A DNA stretch of 64,000 bases from Antedon mediterranea (Eukaryota > Animalia > Echinodermata): positions 14,012,001-14,076,000 of the forward strand of contig NC_092671.1 in the NCBI RefSeq assembly GCF_964355755.1. Direction: 5' to 3'. A program made the translations under genes and the position numbers. Positions within the stretch are counted from its first letter, which is position 1, and every line of letters starts with the position of its first letter. The notes beneath the pieces were generated by a model. The model was given only the letters and a program-made list of their open reading frames with translations. It did not search any database and was not told where the DNA came from. Below, in pieces: positions 12,201-25,445 of this stretch.

Positions 12201-15200
12201 ATGTAAAAAAAAATAAAATTCACCATGTAGTTTAGAATCTATGACTGTTCAAAAAAAGGTATAATTTTGACACATTTTTGAAATTTTTTTAAAAAAACGC
12301 GCACAAATTGTTCAATTTTACGTGCTCGTATGACGTGATTTTAAGTCGAAATTGTTTGAAAGTTGGTAAAATTACTAGAGAAGGCTGAAAAAACAAAAAT
12401 CAAGCAAAAAAAACATGTTTTTGCGTTACGTGCGCACGCGCGCGTAAAAATATTGCGCACGCGTGGGAATTTTTGAAATGCTCAAAATGACATGAAACGC
12501 GTAGAAAGTTGATTAGAAATGAATTTTGCGCATTTTGAAATTTTGAATGCGCGTGCGCGCGTAACTTTCTGTAAAACCTGCCATTTTTAATCCATAGAAA
12601 GTTTGCGCATGATATAACTTAAATTTTCACCAAGTTTCATTAGAAAATGACTTTTTGTTTTTAATCTATGATCAATCATTGAAATTCATAAAATTGCGCG
12701 TAACTTACGCTGCGCAACTCAAAAATCAAAAAACAAAGTTTCTTGCACATCTACAGATATAGGTCAATCTTATGACAAAGTTATACAATCTTATGTTTGC
12801 CAGAATTAGAGATACGCTCCCAACAAAATTCGTGGAAAGAAAGAAGAATAAAGAAAAAAAAAAAAAAAAAAAAGATCCTGACAATAACAAGAGGTTATCC
12901 GCCAAGTGCGGATAACCAACTAGATTTGAACTCGTCACTACGGACGAGTTAGGTTATCCGCAGCGCAAAAGCCACGTGCACGTCATACGTTAAAATATTT
13001 AGCGCAGAAAAACGATTATGCCATTGAAAAAAATCTTAGTGCGCTTTCTATTTTGCGTCACGTCAAAGTGTATACGGTATACGCTATATACTGTATACGT
13101 ACTACATACAGTTCAGAATAGGTGAAAATAATTGACCAAAGTTATTGACGATTTTGCACATGATGACGTAATAACAAATTTTAAAATTGTGAATCATGCG
13201 AAAGATAATTGATTGACCTAGACAATATAGAGAAATGGAGGGAAATGAAATACGGATAAGTGGAGATGCGCTCTATTAAATATGATGAGCTATGACGAAA
13301 GAGACAAAAATCCTATATTTGATATTCGAGTGGCCATACCATGACGTCAAAATGTCCGGTTAGCTTAATCGATGCATGATTCTATATCTACAACTCATCT
13401 TCTTTCAGAATATGTAAAAAAAAATAAAATTCACCATGTAGTTTAAAATCTATGACTGTTCAAAAAAGGTATAATTTTGACACAATTTTGAAATTTGTTT
13501 TCAAAAACGCGCACAAATTGTTTAATTTTACGTGCTCGTATGACGTGATTTTAAGTCGAAATTGTTTGAAAGTTGGTAAAATTACTAGAGAAGGCTGAAA
13601 AATCAAAAATCAAGCAAAAAAAATATGTTTCTGCGCTGCGTGCGCACGCGCGCGTAAAAATATTGCCCACGCGTAGGAATTTTTGAAATGCTCAAAATGA
13701 CATGAAACGCGTAGAAAGTTGATTAGAAATGAATTTAGCGCATTTTGAAATTTTGAACGCGCGTGCGCGCGTAACTTTATTGAAACATGCCATTTTTAAT
13801 CCATAGAAAGTTTGCGCATGATATAACTTAAATTTTCACCAAGTTTCAATAGAAAATAACTTTTGGTTTTTAATCTATGATCAATCATTGAAATTCATAA
13901 AATCGCGCGTAACTTACGCTGCGCGACTCGAAATTTAAAAAAAAAAGTTTCTTGCACATCTACAGCAACAGAGCAATCTTTTAACAAAGTTATACAATCA
14001 TATGTTGGCCAGAATTAGAGATAGGCTGCGAACAAAAATCGTGGAAAGAAAGAAGAACATAGAAAAAAAAAAAGAAAAAAAAAAAAGATCGTGACAATAA
14101 CAAGGGGTTATCCGCCAAGTGCGGATAACCAACTAGATTTGAACTCGTCACTACGGACGAGTTAGGTTATCCGCAGCGCAAAAGCCACGTGCACGTCATA
14201 CGTTAGAATATTGAGCGCAAAAAAAAAAACGATTATGGCATTGAAAAATGTTAGTGCGCTCTCTATTTTGCGTCGCGTCTAAGTATATACGGTATAACAC
14301 TATATACTGTATACGTACTACATACAGTGCAGAATAGGTGAAAATAAGTGACCAAAGTTATTGACGCATTTGAACATGATGACGTCATCACAATTTTTAA
14401 AATGGTGGATCATGTGAAAGATAATTGATTGATCTAGACAATATAAAAAAATTGAGTGAAATGGAATAAGGATAAGTAGAGATGCGCTCTATTTAAATTG
14501 ACGAGCTATGACGAAAGAGAAAAAAATCCTATATTTTATATTCGGGTGGCCATACGATGACGTCACAATGTCCGGTTAGCCATATCAATGCATGATTCGA
14601 GAAAAACAACTCATCTACTTCCAGAATATGTAATTTTAAAAAAGTTCACCACGTAGTTTAGAATGTATGACTGTTTAAAAAAAGGTCTAATTTTGACGAT
14701 TTTTTGAAGTTTTTCATCAAAAATGCGCGCAAATTGTTCAATTCTACGTGCTCGTATGACGTGATATTAAGTCGAAATTGTATAAAAATTGGTAAAATTA
14801 CTAGAAAAGGCTGAAAAAACAAAAATCAAGCAAAAAAAGGATGTTTTTGCTATAAGTGCGCACGTGCGCGTAAAAAAATTGCGCACGCGTGGGAATTTTT
14901 GAAATGCTCAAAATGACATGAAACGCGTAGAAAGTTGATTAGAAATTGATTTTTCGCATTTTGAAATTTTAAACGCGCGTGCACGCGTAACTTTTTGTCA
15001 AACATGCCATTTTTAATCCATAGAAAGTTTGCGCTTGATATGACTTAAATTTTCACCAAGTTTCATTACAAAATGACTTTTGATTTCTAAGCTATGATCA
15101 ATCATTGAAATTCATAAAATCGCGCGTAACTTACGCTGCGCGACTCTAAAGTTAAAAAACGAAACGTCCTGCACATCTACATCTAGAGGTCAATCTTATG

Positions 15201-18200
15201 ACAAAGTTACACAATCTTATATTGGCCAGAATTAGAGATACGCTGCGAACAAAATTCCGGGAAAGAAAGAAGAATAAGATAGAAAAAAAAAAAGAAAAAA
15301 AAAGATCCTGACAATAACAAGGGGTTATCCGCCAAGTGCGGATAACCAACTAGACTTGAACTCGTCACTTCGGACGAGTTAGGTTATCCGCAGTGCAAAG
15401 GCCACGTCACCAAAGGCCACGGCACATCATACGTTAGAATATTGCGCAAATAAAAACGATTATGCCATTGAAACAATTTCATTGTGCTCTCTATTTTGTG
15501 TCCCGTCTAAGTATATACAGTATACACTATATCCTGTATACGTACTACATACAGTGCAGAATAGGTGAAAATAAGTGACCAAAGTTATTTACGCTTTTGA
15601 ACATGATGACGTCATCACAATTTTACTAATGGCAAATCATGTGAAAGATAATTGATGGACTTAGACAATATAAAGAAATGGGGGAAATTGAAGACGGATA
15701 AGTAGAGATGCGCTCTATTAAATTCGACGAGCTATGACGAAAGAGAAAAAAATCCTATATTTTATATTCGGGTGGCCATACGATGACGTCACAATGTCCG
15801 GTTAGCCATATCAATGCATGATTCGAGAAATAAAACTCACCTACTTCCAGAATATGTAATTTAAAAAAAGTTCACCATGTAGTTTAGAATTTATGACTGT
15901 TTAAAAAAAGGTCTAATTTTGACGAATTTTTGAAGTTTTTCATCAAAAACGCGCGCAAATTGTTTAATTCTACGTGCTTGTGTGACGTGATTTTAAGTCG
16001 AAATTGATTGAAAATTGATAAATTTACTAGAAAAGGCTGAAAAAACAAAAAACAAGCAAAAAAAAGATGTTTTTGCGCTACGTGCGCACGCGCGCGTACA
16101 AAATTTGCGCACGCGTGGGAAATTTTGAAATGCTCAAAATGACATGAAACGCGTAGAAAGTTGATTCGAAATGAATTTAGCGCATTTTTAAATTTTGAAC
16201 GCGCGTGCGCGCGTAACTTTATGTAAAACATGCCATTTTTAATCCATAGAAAGTTCGCGCATGCTATGACTTAAATTTTCACAAAGTTTCAATACAAGAT
16301 GACTTTTAGTTTTTAATCTATGATCAATCATTGAAATTCATAAAATCACGCGTAACTTACGCTGCGCAACTCCGAAATCGCCGAAAAGCTTGGCTGCACA
16401 TCTACAGCTACAGATTAATTTTATGACAAAGTTATACAATCTTATGTTAGCCAGTATTAGAGATACGCTGCGAACAAAATTCGTGGAAAGAAATAAGATT
16501 AAAGAAAAAAAAAAAAAAAGATCCTGACAATAACAAGGGGTTATCCGCCAAGTGCGGATAACCAACTAGATTTGAACTCGTCACTGCGGACGAGTTAGGT
16601 TATCCGCAGTCCTAAAGCCACGTGCACGTCATACGTTGGAATATTGCGCGCAGAAAAACGATTATGCCATTGAAAAAATGTGAGTGCGCTCTCTATTTTG
16701 TGTCACGTCAAAGTGTATACGGTATACACTATATACCGTATACGTACTACATACAGTTCAGAATAGGTGAAAATAAGTGACCAAAGTTATTGACGCTTTT
16801 GCACATGATGACGTCATAACAATTTTTAAAATGGTGAATCATGCGAAAGATAATTGATTGACATAGACAATATAAAGAAATGGAGGGCAATGGAATACGG
16901 ATAAGTGAAGATGCGCTCTATTAAATGTGATGAGCTATACGAAAGAGAAAAAAATTCTATATTTTATATTCGAGTGGCCATACGATGACGTCACAATGTC
17001 CTGATAGCCATATTGATACATGATTCGATATCTACAACTCATCTACTACCAGAATATGTAATTATAAAAAAGTTTACCACGTAATTTAGAATCTATGACT
17101 GTTTAAAAAAAGGCATAATTTTGACAAATTTTTGGACTTTTTCATCAAAATTGCGCGCAAATTGTTTAATTCTACGTGCTCGTATGACGAGATTTATAAG
17201 GCAAAATTGATTGAAAATTGGTAAATTTATTATAAAAGACAGGAAAAACAAAAATCAAGCAAAAAAATGAGGTTTTTGCGCTACGTGCGCACGCGCGCGT
17301 AAAAAAATTGCGCACGCGTGGGAATTTTTGAAATGCTCAAAATGACATGAAACGCGTAGAAAGTTGATTAGAAATTGATTTTTCGCATTTTGAAATTTTA
17401 AAAGCGCGTGCGCGCGTAATTTTTTTAAAACATGCCATTTTTAATCCATAGAAAGTTTGCGCATGATATGACTTAAATTTTCACCAAGTTTCAATAGAAA
17501 ATGACTTTTGGTTTTTAATCTATGATCAATCATTGAAATTCATAAAATCGCGCGTAACTTACGCTGCGCGACTCAAAATTCATAAAAAAAGTTTCTTGCA
17601 CATCTACAGCTACAGGGCAATCTTATGACAAAGTTACACAATCTTATGTTAACCAGAAGATAGAGATATGCTGCGAACAAAATTCGTGGAAAGAAAGAAG
17701 AATATCGAAAAAAAAAAAAAAAAAAGATCCTGACAATAACAAGAGGTTATCCGCCAAGTGCGGATAACCAACTAGATTTGAACTCGTCACTACGGACGAG
17801 TTAGGTTATCCGCAGAGCAAACGCCACGTGCACGTCATACGTTAGAATATTGCGCAGAGAAAACCATTATGCCATTGAAAAAATGTTAGTGCGCTCTCTA
17901 TTTTACGTCACGCCTAAGTATACACAGTATACACTATATATTGTATACGTACTACATACAGTGAAGAATATGTGAAAATAAGTGGCCCAAGTTATTGACG
18001 CTTTTGGACATGATGACGTCATCACAATTTTAAAAACGGTATATCATGCGAAAGATAATTGATTGGCATAGACAATATAAAAAAATGGGGGGAAATGGAA
18101 TTCGGATAAGTGGAGATGCGCTCTATTAAATGTGATGAGCTATGACGAAAGAGACAAAAATCCTATATTTTATATTCGAGTGGCCATACGATGACGTCAC

Positions 18201-18992
18201 TATGTCCTGTTAGCCATATCGATGCATGATTCGATATCTACAACTCATCAACTTTCAGAATGTGTAATTTCAAAAAAGTTCACCTCGTAGTTTACAATCT
18301 ATGACTGTTTTAAAAAAGGCATAATTTTGACAAATTTTTGAACTTTTTCTTCAAAAACGCGCGCAAATTGTTCAATTCTACGTGCTCGTATGACGTGATT
18401 TTAAGTCGAAATTGATTGAAAGTTGGTAAATTTACTAGAAAAGGCTGAAAAAACAAAAATCAAGCAAAAAAAAGATGTTTTTGCGCTACGTGCGCACGCG
18501 CGCGTAAACAAAATGCGCACGCCTGGGAATTTTTGAAATGCTCAAAATGCCCTGAAACGCGTAGAAAGTTGATTAGAAATGGATATTTCGCAATTTGAAA
18601 TTTTAAACGCGCGTGCGCGCGTAACTTTATTTCAAACATGCCATTTTTAATCCATAGAAAGTTTGCGCATGATATAACTTAAATTTTCACGAAGTTTCAA
18701 TAGAAAATGACTTTTGGTTTTCAATCTATGATCAATCATTGAAATTCATAAAATCGCACGTAGCTTACGCTGCGCGACTCCAAATTCATAAAAAAAAGTT
18801 TCTTGCACATCTACAGCTACAGGGCAATCTTATGACAAAGTTATAGAATCTTATGTTGACTAGAATTAGAGATACGCTGCGAACAAAAATCGTGGAAAGA
18901 AAGAAGAAAATAGAAAAAAAAAGAGAAAAAAAATAAAAAAAATAAAAAAGATCCTGACAATAACAAGGGGTTATCCGCCAAGTGCGGATAAC

Positions 18993-19027
<35 letters not shown>

Positions 19028-19069
19028 TCCTGACAATAACAAGGGGTTATCCGCCAAGTGCGGATAACC
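2183..19069 (-). mobile_element. Head-to-tail/nested cluster of 14 non-autonomous Helentron-type (DINE-1/HINE-like) rolling-circle elements, ~1.15-1.3 kb each
   Basis: Units begin ACTAGATTTGAACTCGTCACT (one-base variants in a few units) at 2183, 3335, 4487, 5704, 6852, 8057, 9339, 10556, 11709, 12919, 14132, 15349, 16565 and 17771. Read on the minus strand, a full unit has: 5' palindrome GGTTATCCGC-ACTTG-GCGGATAACC; a T-rich simple repeat; a non-coding body; 3' subterminal inverted copy TGCGGATAACC; 8-bp stem-loop AACTCGTC-N6-GACGAGTT; and a CTAGT end. Most ends abut TT with no TSD. This matches the described DINE-1/HINE architecture. Confidence 0.85.
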
Positions 19070-19399
19070 AAAAAGGGATTTGATTAATGTTAAAATATTT
19101 AACCCGTCCGACAATAAACATAATTTTGAGCGACCATATCTGAGCATAGAATTAACTGAATTAGCCTAAAAACTATTAAATTCAGTGAGATAGACCTATA
19201 GTACTTTTTTTTTTTTAATGTTTTGAACACTCTCTATAACACGGTTTTGTCGTAAAACCTCCACGCAACAAAATTGAGAAAAGGCATAGCGCCATCCATT
19301 ATTGACTGCGTGTGTGTGGAGTAAACAACATCTTATGATTAACCTTTTTTTCAACAGAATTACTACGCCCCAAATAAGAAAAATAAAATATATTTTTTT

Positions 19400-19586
19400 T
19401 ACGCGGAAGGTGTATTAGCAAAAATACACAATAGTTTTTGTTTTTCAATTTAGTTAAATAGCTTTTTTTATGTAGGCCTAAATATATTTTATGGAATATT
19501 TACAAAATATTATTTTGCTCACTACTTTTTTACTTTATCCATCCGCTTTCAATGCGTAAAACGGCCTTTTTTCGTGTGCAGTGAAT
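19400..19586 (+). promoter_or_regulatory. RPS26 core promoter and 5'UTR with TCT/5'TOP-like pyrimidine tract
   Basis: CCTTTTTTC at 19565-19573 lies ~20 nt upstream of the ATG, typical of ribosomal protein gene initiators. ETS-like GCGGAAG at ~19403. Confidence 0.65.
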
Positions 19587-21602
<2,016 letters not shown>

Positions 21603-21700
21603 ACAGATATACAATGCACCCACAAATACAATACAGGACTGTATAGCTAATGATTGAAAATAACTGGCTACTGATACGTCTGTATAACAATTAACATCAT

Positions 21701-21706
21701 AATAAA
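21701..21706 (+). terminator. RPS26 polyadenylation signal
   Basis: AATAAA ~100 nt after the stop codon, followed by a GT/T-rich tract (~21736-21751). Confidence 0.75.
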
Positions 21707-22262
21707 TTTGTAAATGTGATAGTATTGAATATATAGTTTTGTTTGTTTTGTCCTGCTTGGATTTGAGTTTTTCATTGATTGGATATACTGTATATATTAT
21801 TCATCCTCAATTGAGGAAATTTGGATTAGGCCCTCAACAGTGCAGTGTTATCACGAAGATTGCTGAGATGGACCTCTATCTCCAGTAACACCCTTCTCTT
21901 CTGAAAGATGCACTGGGTTCACTAACACTCCTGTGTTGTGTCTTTATTTGACCAGCAGTTGAGTTGAGACTTAAACCTGTGCCAATTTTATGGCTACAGT
22001 ACAACGCTTTTTGCGGTGTTGACTCCACATGATACCACCTATTAATTTCGTAAAACAAGGCCGTTATGTTATGGAAATCTGGCTTGATGAATAGGTTACA
22101 CTAATTTACTGGTAAAGAGGTGGATAGGGGCAATGCAATAAATTCACACAAAAAAACAACAAACTATTTAAATGCATCATACAGTGTACCACTGGTACAA
22201 ATTTATTTTTGAATTGCAGTCAAGGCACTTAATAAACAAAAGCCCATCTTCATAAAAACAAA

Positions 22263-22648
22263 GGTAGTGTAGAGAAAAGAAGCGACATTGAATAAACATT
22301 GAAGAAAATAATACCACTTTCGAATATTGTTATTGTAGAAGTCCTAATAAAAGTAACATAAGTAAGATCAGCTCTCCCAAAACCAAACATAGGAAACCAG
22401 AAAATTAACCCAGAACCGGACTTTCCTTGCAAGGAAGTGATGAATTTGGATTATTGTTGAAATCATAACGGTAGTGTAGAGAAAAATAAGTGATTATATT
22501 TTACAGAAGAAACATTAAAGAAAACAATTTCACTTTTGAATTGTACATGTCCTGATAAATGTTATTGTAGCACTTGGTTCTCCCAAAACCTGAACATGGG
22601 AAACTAGAAACTTTCCTTGCAAGGAAGTGATGAATTAGGATTATTGTA
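22263..22648. repeat. Diverged two-copy tandem duplication (~205-bp period)
   Basis: GGTAGTGTAGAGAAAAA at ~22263 and ~22470. Both copies end CTTTCCTTGCAAGGAAGTGATGAATT(T/A)GGATTATTGT. Confidence 0.75.
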
Positions 22649-25445
22649 CAGTACTTGGTTTCAGCCCAATAAACTGAATTTAAACTTGCAAAAAGCCAAC
22701 AAACCAAATGAAAGTGATTACAGAACTGCTTACTGTACAACATTTGTATCAATATTAGGGATTAAAATACCCTTCGCACACTCTTACATACAAAATGTAC
22801 ATAGAATATATTTTTACTGGCCATTGATTATAGTACAAAAATATATGACTGACTATACACAATTAGTCAATACAAAAATTGTGTATCAATTTAGAATAAA
22901 ATTGTAATACAAGACAAATAAAAAATAAATTAATTTGATAAAGTTTTAACGACAAGATGCCATGTCACTGTGTAAAAAAACCAGATAATTTCCATATTGG
23001 TTTATCATTTCATATCTATACGATAGTATACATCTTCAGTTTATATATAAACATTTTGTTTGTTCACCATTAACCTTTGCCTATCAAGGGGCTGATCCAT
23101 AGCAGGGGAAAAATCCAAGGGGTTGCTCTTGGGGTGTGCTCATGTCCCTTTTGACAGGTAAAATGAAATTATACACTTTTTGATATTCATTTTGGACAAC
23201 AGACTATTAACCATAGATATATATAGCGTTTGTTCCGCCCAGGCTGCTTTTATAAACACATCAACGATTATCATAAAATATGTAAACAAAATTGGGTTAT
23301 AGTAATATTTAACATTAGCATACCCTACTTTCTCCACTTTTAGTGAAATTTCTGAATCTATTATACCAATTTACCAAGTGTAAAGGTCTACACAACTGCC
23401 GCTTTTAATACATTAAACATACGTTTTGACTCGGATAATAGTGCACGAAGTTGTTCTACATAAAAACGAATGATAGTGTTTTGGGGACAAACATGAGGCA
23501 AGAACATATTAAGTGTACATTCTTTGTTCTACAGATTAGCTTATAGACATAAAGGTATTAAAGAAGACTGTTGTTTGCATACTGTTCAAATGAACTATCT
23601 AAAATCTTAAACTGATCAAAACATATACTGACCATAATAATCCGATTATTACTGAATTATAATTTTGAATTTGATTTAGAAAGTTACTAATGAATATGCT
23701 TAAAAAAGTACATTTTATTATTTAAATATACAACAGTGTACATCATTTACCAGGCCATGTGTAAATGGGTCTTCTTATAATAGCAAGCAATTAGCAACAA
23801 CTATCAATTTGCCAGTGAACCACAGTATAGTACCACACAAAACACTACTAGTTAAATTCCCAGTGAACCATGTAAAATACAGTACACAAAACACCACTCG
23901 TGAAGTAAAACACCCACAAATAAACACCATTTCCAAACGATTCACCTTCAGCTTGTAACAATTTTCCCTGGAACCAAGTGGGCCCGGAATGATAACAAAT
24001 GGATTAAATAAGACCATTAAAAGGTAATAATTTGGATACAAAAGAGATATGTGTAGTCAATATAATGATTTACTGAAGTGAGATTATCAGAATAACAGTT
24101 ATTTAGCAGAAAGATGATTCAGATGAGAAAAAATACAGGTATAAAATGGTTTAAATGAGAGCTTACTGACAAATTGGAATGACAAATATTTAGTAAATAA
24201 CAATTTAACATTATTTTCAGATACATAAGCAAACCATTATTATGTACAATATGTTTTGTAACAATTAATTTACACTTTGTTTCAGATCTAGAATACAGAC
24301 AGCATAAACTCAACATAACGTTGAAAATGTTCATTTATACAGAATAAAAATAATTTAATACTAATTAATAATAATTACATTTATTATGTACAGATTTTAA
24401 AAAGCAATTGTGAATTTGCAGCAAAATAAATAAAACGAGCAACATATTATTCTGATCAAAATCACAATAATAACTAACCTGCTACTAAAAATAACTGCAA
24501 TAAAGGGAATAACAACAAATGGTGTCACAATATGTGATAACACTCTATTTTTAATAAAAAATAACCATAAGTTATTTTTATTTCATGGTCAAGATATAAA
24601 TTCTATTATTAATATTAATGAGGTATTTTTAGTACAATTTTCTGTATATTCTAAAAATATATATTTTTAATGTAATTGGTGAATCACTCTTTTGATTGGC
24701 AAATTATTAATTGATGTAATTTACCTGTTTACATTTAATTTTTAAGTTCATTTATCAAATTTCAGTTTTATACTATTGCATTTGAAATGTGGATGCCATA
24801 ATAAGGGTAAAAATCATAAAAATAAAGATTACAAATTGTAAAATTTATGGTAATTTGGGGTAATACATCCACTTTTAAAAAATCATTATAATAAAAAAAA
24901 TTCATAAAAAAGCCAAAACATTAATAATTAATATTTTAAACATTCTGTACATGATTGTGATTGGATAATTTTAACTTTAATAATTAATACCCTTGAGGTT
25001 TAGCTAACGCTTTTATTTTTATTAGTATGGTAGTATATTGTGTACAAGGAAAAATGAACACAGACATTCATCTAAATTTTTTCAAATAACTCCTATGCTA
25101 AATCTTTTTTACAAAATCATGTTTCAAGAAATATATTGAATAGAAAAAAGTACAAATTATTTCAGAATTTTTCAATAATCTAAAGAGGTATATATAACCT
25201 TTTGAAAAAGTTTTAAAACAGTAATTTCAAAAAATATCTATTGTTTCATTTGGCAAATATGTTAAAAGAGCTGAATGGGTAATATTTGGCAAACATGTGA
25301 TAAAATACATAAAAATGTACAGTAGTACTACAAAGTTAAAACTAAATAAAAACATTAAATAGCTGCATCAATTTGTACTAAAATAAATTGCATATCATGG
25401 TCATAGTTCAATAGATCAGAACTATTTTTATAATGTTTTTTTTCT

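Noticed and set aside
2183-19069. CRISPR-like or gene-cassette array (recurring palindromic repeat separated by long spacers)
   Set aside because: The spacers are homologous copies of one non-coding unit rather than unique sequences. There are no cas or integrase genes, and the context is eukaryotic.
2877-19071. Repeated short minus-strand ORFs (MTSSNLV..., MVIRTWR..., poly-Phe)
   Set aside because: They arise from poly(A) tails and unit junctions, mostly use non-ATG starts, and shift frame between copies.
21876-22100. Possible extra terminal exon on the minus strand (...FYEINRWYHVESTPQK...)
   Set aside because: No recognisable homology, a weak acceptor, and the upstream gene already has a stop at 25446.
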